A stretch of DNA of 64,000 nucleotides from Ruminococcus sp. (GCA_023663235.1 JAMPHW010000001.1:51392-115391); one strand, 5' to 3'; positions 29,476 through 38,774 are shown, counted from the stretch's first letter. Notes: generated by a model not told the origin, from the sequence alone. Translations and numbers: made by a program.

Positions 29476-32319
29476 TCTTACTACAATATTAACAATTCTT
29501 CCCTTAATAACAATAACTTTAACAATTTCTTTACCATCAATATGCTTTTTAACATTATCTTCTTGTAAAGCTTTTTCTTTAATTGCATCCTCGTTATCAA
29601 GAGCATTTATTGTTACTTCTCCCCTAAGTTTACCATTTACTTGAACTCCGATAGTAAGTTCATTATCAATTGTTTTAGCTTCCTCATAAGTAGGCCAATC
29701 CATTTCAACAATTCTTTTAGTAAATCCGAGTTCTTCATTTAATTCTTCAGTTATATGAGGTGCTATTGGATTTAATAAGACTAATAAAGTTTGATAATCT
29801 TTCTTTGTAATATTTTCTTTTTCTTCATAAGCATTAGTTAAGATCATTAAACTAGATACTGCTGTATTATATTTCATTGTAGCTAAATCATTAGTAACTT
29901 TCTTAATAGTTTTATGAATTATATTTAAAAGAGAACTTGTATATTCATTACCATCTACTACTTTATTTTTTAATCTTTCAACTTTATCTAAGAAACGTTT
30001 ACACCCCTTTAGCCCATTATCACTCCATGTTGCATCTTTTTCATAATCGCCAATAAATAGTTCATAAGTTCTAAGAGCATCTGCGCCATATAATTTAACC
30101 ATATCATCAGGATTAATAACATTTCCTCTAGACTTACTCATTTTCTCTCCATTAGAACCTAAAATCATTCCATGAGCCACTCTCTTTTTAAATGGTTCTG
30201 GTGTTGGAACTAAACCTTGGTCATAAAGGAATTGATGCCAAAATCTTGCATATAATAAATGTCTTGTCGCATGTTCCATACCACCATTGTAGTAATCAAC
30301 CATACCCCAATATTTTAAAGCATCTTGACCTACAAATTCTTCATTATTATGAGCATCCATATATCTTAACCAATACCAACTTGAACCCGCCCAGTTAGGC
30401 ATAGTATCTGTTTCTCTTTCTGCATGACCACCACATTTAGGACAAGTAGTATTAACCCAATCAGTTATATTAGCTAAAGGCGACTCTCCTGTATCTGTTG
30501 GTTCATAATGTGCAACTGTTGGTAACAATACTGGTAATTCTTCTTCTGGAACTGGCACCCATCCACATTTATCACAATATACCATTGGAATTGGTTCGCC
30601 CCAGAATCTTTGACGTGAAAATATCCAATCTTGTAAACGATAATTAGTTTTTTTAATTCCAATTTTTTTATCTGTTAAATAATCAAGCATCTTATTAATA
30701 GCGTCTTCTTTATTTAAACCATCAAGAAACTCTGAATTAATATGAACGCCTTCATCAGTTAAAGCACCTTCACCGTTTATTACTCTTTCTGCATCGTATT
30801 TATGAGCTTGTGTTGTAAGCGTATCAATTAATTTATCACCATCTACCCAAACTACATCTGCTATATCTTGCTCTTCTTTTGCTATTTCCACTTGCTCTAA
30901 ACTATTTAATCTACCAATAATCGTATGACTTCTAATATGTCTATTTACATCTTTATGAGCAGCATAGAAATTATCATAATAAATAAAATCCATTTCTTTT
31001 ATTGAAGCTATATCTGTATAACCAGTTTCTTCTTTAACTTCTCTAATGCCTGCTTCAACAACACTTTCATTATCTTCAATACCACCCATAACAAAAGTTA
31101 CCCAATCAAATTTCTTATTATGTACACATAAATATTTATCCTCTATTGGATGCTTTAGTATAACATTAACAACTTCTCTATTTGTTGTTGGTTTATCATC
31201 TCTTATTTTAGAAGTACCTGTTCCATTAAAAGATTTAGCAATAACTTGTATAATAGGAATATTAAACTTTTTAGCAAAATCATAATCTCTATCATCATGT
31301 GCTGGTACAGCCATTATAGCTCCTGTTCCATAACTAGCTAAAACATAATCACTAATATAAATTGGAATTTCTGTATTATTAACAGGATTTATTGCAACTA
31401 ATCCTTCTAGTTTAACACCTGTTTTTTCTTTAGTTGCATCTGTTCTTTCAATTTCACTTTTTTCTTTAGCTTCATTTTGATACTTAACAACTTCATCTAA
31501 ATTTTTAATTCTGTCTTTATATTTCTCTAATAATTGATGTTCTGGTGACATAACCATAAAAGTTGCTCCAAATAATGTATCACATCTTGTTGTAAAAACT
31601 TTTAAAGTATCTTCTGTATCTTTTATTCTAAAGTCTACCTCTGCTCCAATACTCTTACCTATCCAATTAACTTGAGCTATTTTAATTTTATCTTCAAATT
31701 CTGTTTCTTTAAGTCCTTCTAATAATCTATCAGCATAACTACTCATTTTAAGTATCCATTGTGATTTTAATTTTTTAGTAACAGGACTTCCACATCTCTC
31801 GCATACTCCACCAGCCGCATCTTCATTAGATAGTCCTGTTTTACAATTAGGACACCAATTAATCTCTTTTTCAGCTTTATAAGCCATATCTTTCTTTACA
31901 AATTGTAAAAATTGCCATTGTGTCCATTTGTAATATTCTGGATCTGTTGTTGAAAATTCTCTCGACCAATCAAAAGACATACCTAAAGATTTTATTTGCC
32001 CTTTAAATGTTCCAATATTTTCTTTAACTGCATCAGCTGGATATATATGATTCTTTATTGCATATTGTTCTGCAGGAGCTCCAAAAGCATCCCATCCCAT
32101 TGGAAATAGAACATTATATCCTTGTAATCTTTTCATTCTAGCCATTGCATCAAGTGCTGAATAACTTCTAACATGACCTACATGTAACCCTGAACCACTT
32201 GGGTAAGGAAATTCTACTAAAATATAATATTTTTCTTTATCACTATTATTTTTAGCTTCAAAATAATGTCCTTTATCCCATATATCTTGCCATTTTTTCT
32301 CTATCTTATTTGTCTCCAT
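29473..32319 (-). CDS. leuS: Leucyl-tRNA synthetase with an inserted Nudix-hydrolase domain
   Basis: HIGH-region ..PYPSGSGLHVGHV.., editing motifs TTRCDT and AHDDRD, KMSKS. A roughly 150-aa insertion (residues 365-515) carries a perfect Nudix box GGIEDNESVVEAGIREVKEETGY. Confidence 0.95.
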   Translation of the reverse strand: METNKIEKKWQDIWDKGHYFEAKNNSDKEKYYILVEFPYPSGSGLHVGHVRSYSALDAMARMKRLQGYNVLFPMGWDAFGAPAEQYAIKNHIYPADAVKENIGTFKGQIKSLGMSFDWSREFSTTDPEYYKWTQWQFLQFVKKDMAYKAEKEINWCPNCKTGLSNEDAAGGVCERCGSPVTKKLKSQWILKMSSYADRLLEGLKETEFEDKIKIAQVNWIGKSIGAEVDFRIKDTEDTLKVFTTRCDTLFGATFMVMSPEHQLLEKYKDRIKNLDEVVKYQNEAKEKSEIERTDATKEKTGVKLEGLVAINPVNNTEIPIYISDYVLASYGTGAIMAVPAHDDRDYDFAKKFNIPIIQVIAKSFNGTGTSKIRDDKPTTNREVVNVILKHPIEDKYLCVHNKKFDWVTFVMGGIEDNESVVEAGIREVKEETGYTDIASIKEMDFIYYDNFYAAHKDVNRHIRSHTIIGRLNSLEQVEIAKEEQDIADVVWVDGDKLIDTLTTQAHKYDAERVINGEGALTDEGVHINSEFLDGLNKEDAINKMLDYLTDKKIGIKKTNYRLQDWIFSRQRFWGEPIPMVYCDKCGWVPVPEEELPVLLPTVAHYEPTDTGESPLANITDWVNTTCPKCGGHAERETDTMPNWAGSSWYWLRYMDAHNNEEFVGQDALKYWGMVDYYNGGMEHATRHLLYARFWHQFLYDQGLVPTPEPFKKRVAHGMILGSNGEKMSKSRGNVINPDDMVKLYGADALRTYELFIGDYEKDATWSDNGLKGCKRFLDKVERLKNKVVDGNEYTSSLLNIIHKTIKKVTNDLATMKYNTAVSSLMILTNAYEEKENITKKDYQTLLVLLNPIAPHITEELNEELGFTKRIVEMDWPTYEEAKTIDNELTIGVQVNGKLRGEVTINALDNEDAIKEKALQEDNVKKHIDGKEIVKVIVIKGRIVNIVVR

Positions 32320-32713
32320 TTTCTCTTTCCTCTTTCCTTTTTAAGTGTCTTCCATATAACTCATATAATGAATAAATTAAACCTAATAATAATACAAAAG
32401 CTATTAACATTTGCCATATTAATTTATAAGGAACAATCATTAAAATACTAGATACTATAGCAATTATAAAACTATTAATTAATGCTATGTCTCTAATTGC
32501 CTTATTCTTATTTATTTTCTTTTCACTTAACTTAAACTTAATCACCATATAATCAATTTCTTCAATACTCTTAACTTTCTTCTTCTTTCCTTTTTTTGTT
32601 TTGCCTTTATTATTAATTAAATTTAATCTTTTTTTAAGTATTAAATAATAATCTACTATAAAAACCACTATAAATAGTACTATAAAAGTAATTATTGCCA
32701 ACTTATAATTCAT
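32306..32713 (-). CDS. Small membrane protein
   Basis: 135 aa with two predicted TM helices; overlaps the leuS start by 14 nt. Confidence 0.4.
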   Translation of the reverse strand: MNYKLAIITFIVLFIVVFIVDYYLILKKRLNLINNKGKTKKGKKKKVKSIEEIDYMVIKFKLSEKKINKNKAIRDIALINSFIIAIVSSILMIVPYKLIWQMLIAFVLLLGLIYSLYELYGRHLKRKEERENGDK

Positions 32714-32716
32714 TTT

Positions 32717-33571
32717 TTATTTCTCCTTCATTAATTGTTTTTTATTTGTAAAATCTAAAGCATTTTCTTTAGTAACAACTTTTCTACCCAATTTTTCTTC
32801 AATGTTTTTTCTAGTAATTGATGCAATTTCTCCACCTTCACTAGCATCATGTCTTAAAGCTTGCATACCATTAGAATTGTTTGTCTTATGTAATTCTGTA
32901 GTTGTAACTTCTGCTAATGTAGTTAACGCTAATTCTAAAGGCGACATGTTATCTCTTAAATTTTGTTTCTCATTTAAACTTTTTAAATCTTTATGTTGAT
33001 TAACTGTTATGCCAAAAGCCTCTTTACTAATATCATTAGTTAAAATAGCAAAATCTTTAGGTGTTACAGCTCCTCTTTTCTCCCATTCTACTGTAAGATC
33101 ATTTCTAACGGAAATTCCTTTTATTCGAGCATTAGTCCACTCTTCCGAATAACCCTTTTTTAAATAAGTCTGTCTCGCTCTTTCAATAGCAAGTTCGGGA
33201 TTAATAACCTCTTGAACTCTTTCTTCTGCTAATCTAGCAAACCATTGTTTAAAAGGCTCCGCATTAGGACTAGGAATACTTTGTATTATTCTAAATATTG
33301 TTTCTCTATTAGCACAATCTGTTTTATAACATTTTCCATCTTTTTTTGATTGAAGTTTCAGTGCGTGACAATTTGTCACACACTCACTTTCCTCAGCTAA
33401 TAAACGCTGTTTTAACTTTCTCCAATAAGCACTCGAATCTTTACTTTCTGTTAAAATTTCTACAATATCAACTATTGAATAATACCACTCTCCATTGTAC
33501 TCTTGCTTTCTAATTCTATTATTTTGAAACAAAACAATATCATTATTTTCCACTTCAATTTTCTTTACCAT
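32717..33571 (-). CDS. Bro-N domain / DinD-like DNA-damage-inducible protein
   Basis: N-terminal Bro-N-like (..NDIVLFQNNRIR..EWYYSIVDIVEIL..). The C-terminal half matches the E. coli DinD pattern (..DFAILTNDISKEAFG..HKDLKSLNEKQNLRDNMSPLELA..). Confidence 0.65.
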   Translation of the reverse strand: MVKKIEVENNDIVLFQNNRIRKQEYNGEWYYSIVDIVEILTESKDSSAYWRKLKQRLLAEESECVTNCHALKLQSKKDGKCYKTDCANRETIFRIIQSIPSPNAEPFKQWFARLAEERVQEVINPELAIERARQTYLKKGYSEEWTNARIKGISVRNDLTVEWEKRGAVTPKDFAILTNDISKEAFGITVNQHKDLKSLNEKQNLRDNMSPLELALTTLAEVTTTELHKTNNSNGMQALRHDASEGGEIASITRKNIEEKLGRKVVTKENALDFTNKKQLMKEK

Positions 33572-33699
33572 AACTAAAACCGCCCTTCACTTAATATAAC
33601 ATTTATTTTCCATTACTAACTATAATCAAATTATATCATGCGAATATATGTATGTCAAACAAAATTATGCAAAGCAACAAATAATCTTCTAATAAAATA

Positions 33700-33860
33700 A
33701 AAAAGCAGTACCTAAAAGGGCGAATCATATCCGCGGTACCACCTTTATTTCTATCTTTAATTTGCCTATAAGGGAGCAATCCCATATACTCCAAAAAGCA
33801 AGTTCATAACCTTCTTTACTTGTTTGCACCACCCACAAGTTCTCTTTAAAAAGAATAAAT
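33700..33860 (-). other. GC-richer intergenic element with an imperfect hairpin plus T-run (possible terminator or small RNA)
   Basis: ggtaccgcggatatgattcgcccttttaggtactgctttttt on the minus strand, about 180 nt downstream of the GH31 stop. The GC content of this stretch stands out locally. Confidence 0.3.
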
Positions 33861-33924
33861 TATTACTACTCTTTTCTTCCACGTATTTACTATATTCTAC
33901 TAAATTTTATAATTATATGCAAGT

Positions 33925-36330
33925 CTAAATTTCTGAAACATATTCTAAAAGTTTAATAAACATTCTTACAAATATATCTTTTAGTCCAAACTTTTTCAAT
34001 TTTCTTATTTCAATACGTTTTTTATTTATATCTAAATTACTAAACATAATCGCTGCAATTTTTTCTTTTAAATTTGTATTTATCTTTGCATCACTAATAA
34101 TTGAATTAATATCTTCATTTATAAGTCTTACCGCATCTATCTCAATATCTTTACCCTTACAGTTAACGGTTAATTGACTAGTCGTTGGCACATTTTTAAC
34201 AACTACTACAAAGTCTGCATCATCACTATAAGATAAAACTGGTATTTCTGTATCATTTATGTTTACAACAACATCTTCTGCTTCTCTTGTATTTCTAAAA
34301 CGAATTGTATAGTCTCTTTTCTTAGGAATAATTCCAGCCTTACCTTCAATAGGTCTAATAATGAGAGTATAGTTGTTAGCAAGATAGTTATAATCAATTG
34401 CTGTCACAATATAGTAACCTTCCTCATTTAAACGGGATACTCCATCATCTTCATATAGTTTATAAATATTAGAACGACCAGGAAAAACATGTATTTCCAT
34501 CGCTTCTGGTGGATTAGTATCATTAATATTCTCAGGTAATATTGCAAGCGGTATTATTGAACCACTTTTTGTAAACACTGGATAATCTTCATCTTTATAA
34601 AAAACTACATAACGTTTGTTACCAGGAAATTTTTTACCCGTTTTAAAATCATACCAAGTCCCTTTAGGTAAAAATATTTGTTCAACACATCTATTCATAA
34701 TATCATCGCGTTTTTTGGTAATTGGCTTAACTAAAAATTCACTACCAAAATAATATTCATTTTTATAAACTGGCTCATCGTATATTTCTGGATAACTGTA
34801 ATATAAAGGCTGAACAATCGGTAAACCTGTCTTATGATATTTATAGCTTTCTGTATATAAATAAGGTATTAATCTATGTCTAAGTCTTGTATAATCTTTA
34901 GTAATTGTATAAGTTTTAATATCCCACTCCCAAGGCTCTCTTTTATAATAATGTCCTCTTTCACTAGCAAACCTAAATATTGGACTAAATGTTCCAAATT
35001 GCACATAACGAATGTATAACTCAGCATCCTCCATGCCACCTCTAAACCCTCCAATATCATGACTCCACCATGAAACCCCAATATTAGAAGCACTTGAATT
35101 AAAAGATGGCAAATAATTTAATGTATCAAACGCTACATTAGTAGGTCCTGAATAATGAACCCCATTTAAATGTGAAGCTACTAAACTATTACGAGAAAAA
35201 ACCATTGGTCGATATCTATTATCTTTATAATAATTAATAAAATGATAATGATTTAAAGCTTTCAAACTATCTAAGTCATACTTATAATCAATCCAATAAA
35301 AATCTACTCCTAAACTATCAAGAGGCTTTATTAAATGATTAAAATATATTGCAATAAAAGTCTTATCAAAAACATTAAAAGGTATTCTTCTGGTATTAAT
35401 TAAACCAAGTTCTGTCGCAATCATTCTAAATTTTTCTTCATGTTCATTTATACCTTCTACTGGGTCAATATTAAGCCCTAATCTAACTCCCCGTTCATGA
35501 AGATAAGTTGTAAATTCAAAAGGATCAGGAAATAATTCTTTCGCAAAAGTAAATCCTGTTTTATATTTATTTAAATCTCTTTTATCTTTTAAATGCCAAA
35601 ATTCATTTAATAATAAAACTGATAAGGGAATATCATGGGAATTAAAAGCTTTTAATAATTTTTTAGTATCATTAAATGAATATATAATATCTCTATTCCA
35701 CCATATACCTAACGCATATCTTGGTATTAAAGGTGGATAACCTGTTAAAGTAAAATAATCTTTTAAACATAAACCAAAATCTCTTCGATAAATAAAAAGA
35801 TAAGTGTCTATTCTTTTACTAGTGGGCTTAACCATAAATCCATCTTCCATAAAGACTAAACTTTTAGCATCATCAAAAGAAGCAAAACCATCAGTTGAAA
35901 ATAATCCTTTATCTAAAGACTTCTTTAACCCACTATCAAAAGATACTCTTGTTCCTCCAAAATTACGGGCTTCTGGATGATTAAAATACCATATTTTGTC
36001 ACTATTCATAAGTCCAACTTTTAAATATTGATCGGGAGCATACTTTGGACCTATAAAAGGTTTTTCTTTCATATATTGTAAAACAAAGTATTTAGTCTGA
36101 ATAACTAAAGTCTTATCATCATCTTGCACTTGAAATTCAGGCACATCAAAATTACGAAACCTAGCAAATTCCGTTGGATGGTCAAAAAAAACGCCATTAT
36201 TATCATATTCAAATCTTATTAATCTTTCACTTAAAATTGTAATACGATATTTAGTACCTTTAAAGATAGCTTTTTCTTTACTTATGGCATTTTTGTAGTC
36301 AAGTTTAAAATGTGCATCCAAATTAGCCAC
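33925..36330 (-). CDS. Glycoside hydrolase family 31 (alpha-glucosidase/alpha-xylosidase-like)
   Basis: GH31 signatures GVDFYWIDYKYD (nucleophile region) and WSHDIGGFRGG; 801 aa. Confidence 0.8.
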   Translation of the reverse strand: MANLDAHFKLDYKNAISKEKAIFKGTKYRITILSERLIRFEYDNNGVFFDHPTEFARFRNFDVPEFQVQDDDKTLVIQTKYFVLQYMKEKPFIGPKYAPDQYLKVGLMNSDKIWYFNHPEARNFGGTRVSFDSGLKKSLDKGLFSTDGFASFDDAKSLVFMEDGFMVKPTSKRIDTYLFIYRRDFGLCLKDYFTLTGYPPLIPRYALGIWWNRDIIYSFNDTKKLLKAFNSHDIPLSVLLLNEFWHLKDKRDLNKYKTGFTFAKELFPDPFEFTTYLHERGVRLGLNIDPVEGINEHEEKFRMIATELGLINTRRIPFNVFDKTFIAIYFNHLIKPLDSLGVDFYWIDYKYDLDSLKALNHYHFINYYKDNRYRPMVFSRNSLVASHLNGVHYSGPTNVAFDTLNYLPSFNSSASNIGVSWWSHDIGGFRGGMEDAELYIRYVQFGTFSPIFRFASERGHYYKREPWEWDIKTYTITKDYTRLRHRLIPYLYTESYKYHKTGLPIVQPLYYSYPEIYDEPVYKNEYYFGSEFLVKPITKKRDDIMNRCVEQIFLPKGTWYDFKTGKKFPGNKRYVVFYKDEDYPVFTKSGSIIPLAILPENINDTNPPEAMEIHVFPGRSNIYKLYEDDGVSRLNEEGYYIVTAIDYNYLANNYTLIIRPIEGKAGIIPKKRDYTIRFRNTREAEDVVVNINDTEIPVLSYSDDADFVVVVKNVPTTSQLTVNCKGKDIEIDAVRLINEDINSIISDAKINTNLKEKIAAIMFSNLDINKKRIEIRKLKKFGLKDIFVRMFIKLLEYVSEI

Positions 36331-36415
36331 ACTACCTACTCCCTTTTACTATTTATATAATAACAGAACTAATAGGTAAATTCAAGAAATTTTATATAAT
36401 TAGCTATAAATATCT

Positions 36416-36595
36416 TTACCAATATCTATCAAACAAATAGATATCTGTATCTAACTCCTTCTTTAAAATACCACATTTATATTCTGTATTTCCATATGTA
36501 TCACTTATAATACAAGTATTTTTAGTTGTGTATAAAAAATCTATTAATAAAAAACAAACTAAACATATTATTAAACCTGTAAATATCTCTTTCAT
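36416..36595 (-). CDS. Small secreted or membrane peptide (59 aa, 4 Cys)
   Basis: MKEIFTGLIICLVCFLLIDFLYTTKNTCIISDTYGNTEYKCGILKKELDTDIYLFDRYW with an AGAGG RBS 8 nt upstream. Below the ORF-track length cut-off. Confidence 0.3.
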   Translation of the reverse strand: MKEIFTGLIICLVCFLLIDFLYTTKNTCIISDTYGNTEYKCGILKKELDTDIYLFDRYW

Positions 36596-36709
36596 AATTA
36601 ACCTCTTTCTTATAATATCACAAATTTTAAAATAATCCTATATTAAATTGGGTTATAGTTTAATCACTAAAAATATAAATACATAAGCTATTCTAGGAGG
36701 TAATTAAAA

Positions 36710-37144
36710 ATGTTATTCGAAGATAACGATTTTGATATTAATGTATCTTTATTTATGCCTGATGTAAATCTTAATAGAAATGAATTTTTATTTGAACCAA
36801 TGGAAGGCTTTTTAAGAGGAAATATGTTTAAAAATGAATATTTACCATACAAAAATTTAACTTATTTTAAATTAGATCCAATAAATGAAAAAGAGAACGA
36901 TTTATATAAAGTAATGGCTTTAAGTTTTGCTATAAATGATTTAAATTTATATTTAGATTTACATCCTGACAATAAAGAAGTTTTCACCTTATTTAAAAAA
37001 TACATCGAAGAAAAAGAAAAACTATGTAAGGAATATGAAAAAAAATATGGACCATTAGAATTAACAAACACTATAGGTTCTAAATATAATTGGCTTAATT
37101 CTCCATGGCCTTGGGATAACTTAGGAGGTAGTTTATATGTTTAA
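36710..37144 (+). CDS. Spore coat protein CotJB-like, with an N-terminal CotJA-like extension (possible cotJA-cotJB fusion)
   Basis: ..LYLDLHPDNKE...KYGPL...SPWPW matches CotJB (LYLDTHPDD..KYGPL..PWPW). The N-terminal 50 aa resemble CotJA. Confidence 0.65.
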   Translation: MLFEDNDFDINVSLFMPDVNLNRNEFLFEPMEGFLRGNMFKNEYLPYKNLTYFKLDPINEKENDLYKVMALSFAINDLNLYLDLHPDNKEVFTLFKKYIEEKEKLCKEYEKKYGPLELTNTIGSKYNWLNSPWPWDNLGGSLYV

Positions 37145-37349
37145 ATATGTAAAGCATACCAATTTTCCTATCAATATTCGTAAAAAAGATTTAAAAATGG
37201 CTAAGTATCTTATTACACAATTTGGTGGTGCTAATGGCGAACTAGCTGCTTCTATGCGCTATTTTTCTCAAAAGTTTAGTATGCCAGACGATTATGGAAA
37301 AGCTCTACTTAATGATATCGCAACTGAAGAATTGGAACAACGATGTTAG
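37137..37349 (+). pseudogene. cotJC: 5' fragment of cotJC (Mn-catalase-like spore coat protein), truncated after about 66 residues
   Basis: ..AKYLITQFGGANGELAASMRYFSQKFSMPDDYGKALLNDIATEEL matches the CotJC N-terminus (AKYLIEQYGGADGELAA..RY..Q.....DIGTEE), then EQRC*. No continuation in any frame; phage-like genes follow. Confidence 0.7.
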
Positions 37350-37371
37350 AAATGTATTCTAATCAATTAAA

Positions 37372-37869
37372 ATGAACTGTAAAAACTTTAAAATAAAACA
37401 AAAAAATTATAAAAGAGTGTTCTTCTGTTCTGCTAAAAGAAAAGAAATAGATTATCATAATTGTAGCAAAGAATGCGAGCATTATGAAGATAAATATAAA
37501 ATGCAGACATGCACCTTAAACAATCCTAAGACGCAAAAAATAAAAAATATACCTATAAAAAACAAAAAATCAAAAGAGATAGCCAAGCTAGAAAGAAATA
37601 GGTTTAGTTTATTCTCTGATAATAAAAATAAGTGCTATCTCTGCCCTGCTACTACTGACTTAACTTGGCACGAAATATTTAGAGGCAGAAATAGAGCTAA
37701 TTCAATGAAATATGGACTATGTTTAAGATTGTGTATTAATTGCCACGAAAAATATCAAGAAGATAAAGAATTTAACGATTACTGGCATAAGAAAGCACAA
37801 ATTATTTTTGTTAAAACTTATTCAGATCTAGACTTTTTAAAAACATTTAAAAAGAATTATTTAAATTAA
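37372..37869 (+). CDS. Cys-rich protein with an HNH-like motif
   Basis: ..CYLCPATTDLTWHEIFRGRNRANSMKYGLCLRLCINCHE.. fits CxxC..HE..N..CxxCH. Confidence 0.35.
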   Translation: MNCKNFKIKQKNYKRVFFCSAKRKEIDYHNCSKECEHYEDKYKMQTCTLNNPKTQKIKNIPIKNKKSKEIAKLERNRFSLFSDNKNKCYLCPATTDLTWHEIFRGRNRANSMKYGLCLRLCINCHEKYQEDKEFNDYWHKKAQIIFVKTYSDLDFLKTFKKNYLN

Positions 37870-37934
37870 AAAAGATTTTTAACTTAAAATTTTAGTTTAA
37901 TGAACAAGTGAAAAAATTATTGGCTCTTGATTCT

Positions 37935-37989
37935 AACGATTTTATTAACGATTTTATTAACGATTTTATTTTTTATTAACGATTCTGTT
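37935..37989. repeat. Tandem 12-bp direct repeats AACGATTTTATT x3 plus a degenerate fourth (AACGATTCTGTT)
   Basis: 37935-37946, 37947-37958, 37959-37970 and 37978-37989, in a non-coding stretch near the prophage boundary. Confidence 0.6.
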
Positions 37990-38138
37990 TTTTACAGCCA
38001 TTTTATTTCTAAAGTTAAAGATAAATTAAATAATGATTGTAATTTTAAATTTAAAATAAAATAGCTATCATTAGTTTTCCTTAATTTTTTCACTTATTCA
38101 CTCCTTTCGGTAGCCTATTTTATCATAAAAATTAAAAA

Positions 38139-38279
38139 TTACAAGTACTCTTGCAAATCTTTTTCTAAAATTGTTTTATTATCATCTATTATGAAGTAAT
38201 GCTTATTTACTAAATAGATTCTTTTATTTTTATCTTTAAAAAGCATTACTTCTTTTACGTCTGACTCCCAATCAGGCAT
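38139..38279 (-). CDS. Small hypothetical protein (start uncertain)
   Basis: The ORF-track frame 38139..38441 has its N-terminus overlapping the plus-strand promoter. Probable start at the internal Met (MPDWESD...). Confidence 0.25.
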   Translation of the reverse strand: MPDWESDVKEVMLFKDKNKRIYLVNKHYFIIDDNKTILEKDLQEYL

Positions 38280-38385
38280 ATACTTTTTAGCAAACTTCTT
38301 AATTTGTCGTTTACTTAATTTCTTCAACAAAACCACCCTACTAAAATTATAATTCAAAAAAATATTTATTTCAATTAAATTTTTC

Positions 38386-38414
38386 TTGACATGTGTGTGT
38401 GAGTGTGTTATAAT
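38386..38414 (+). promoter_or_regulatory. Consensus sigma-A promoter (TTGACA-17-TATAAT with extended -10 TGt)
   Basis: ttgaca tgtgtgtgtgagtgtgt tataat, 30 nt upstream of the ATG at 38444. Confidence 0.6.
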
Positions 38415-38443
38415 ATATTTGTAAATGAAAGAAGGAAACAAAA

Positions 38444-38755
38444 ATGAGAATTGATTATACGTTCTTAATTAATAATTACAATGAAAATGAAAGATTAGTT
38501 ATCGAAAGTTCAATAGAACAAACGGTAAAAGGTGAAACTGAAAAAGCAGCATTGATAGAGTTTGATAGTGATTATGGAAAACTAACAAGATGGTTTCCTA
38601 AGTCAGTCATTAGTGGTATGACATTTACTAAAGGTACTGGTAAAATGATAAGACTTAAAAATGGAGAAATAAGAGAAGTATCTAACATTATGGGAGCTAT
38701 GGTTAGAGCTACTGATGGAAAAAGCTATCTTAAATCAACTGTTGAATTTATTTAG
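38444..38755 (+). CDS. Prophage accessory-operon protein 1 (hypothetical)
   Basis: 103 aa; first gene behind the consensus promoter. Confidence 0.5.
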   Translation: MRIDYTFLINNYNENERLVIESSIEQTVKGETEKAALIEFDSDYGKLTRWFPKSVISGMTFTKGTGKMIRLKNGEIREVSNIMGAMVRATDGKSYLKSTVEFI

Positions 38756-38774
38756 AAAGAAAGAAGGAAAAAAT

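Noticed and set aside
29473-32319. Truncated or absent LeuRS editing (CP1) domain
   Set aside because: Recounting shows the TTRCDT threonine-rich motif and the AHDDRD motif are separated by about 100 residues, as in E. coli. The editing domain is intact, and the extra sequence is a separate Nudix insert.
32319-32340. T-box leader upstream of leuS
   Set aside because: leuS starts 14 nt inside the preceding gene's 3' end, so there is no room for a leader. No specifier or T-box motif was seen.
33572-33924. tRNA or tmRNA gene in the GC-richer intergenic region
   Set aside because: There is no cloverleaf-compatible acceptor/T-arm (no GTTCRANYC-like box) and no CCA-proximal stem. Only a terminator-like hairpin is evident.
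37372-37869. C-terminal zinc-ribbon part of a large serine recombinase (prophage integrase)
   Set aside because: Only 165 aa with no resolvase/recombinase catalytic domain upstream. The Cys/His spacing fits an HNH-like finger better.
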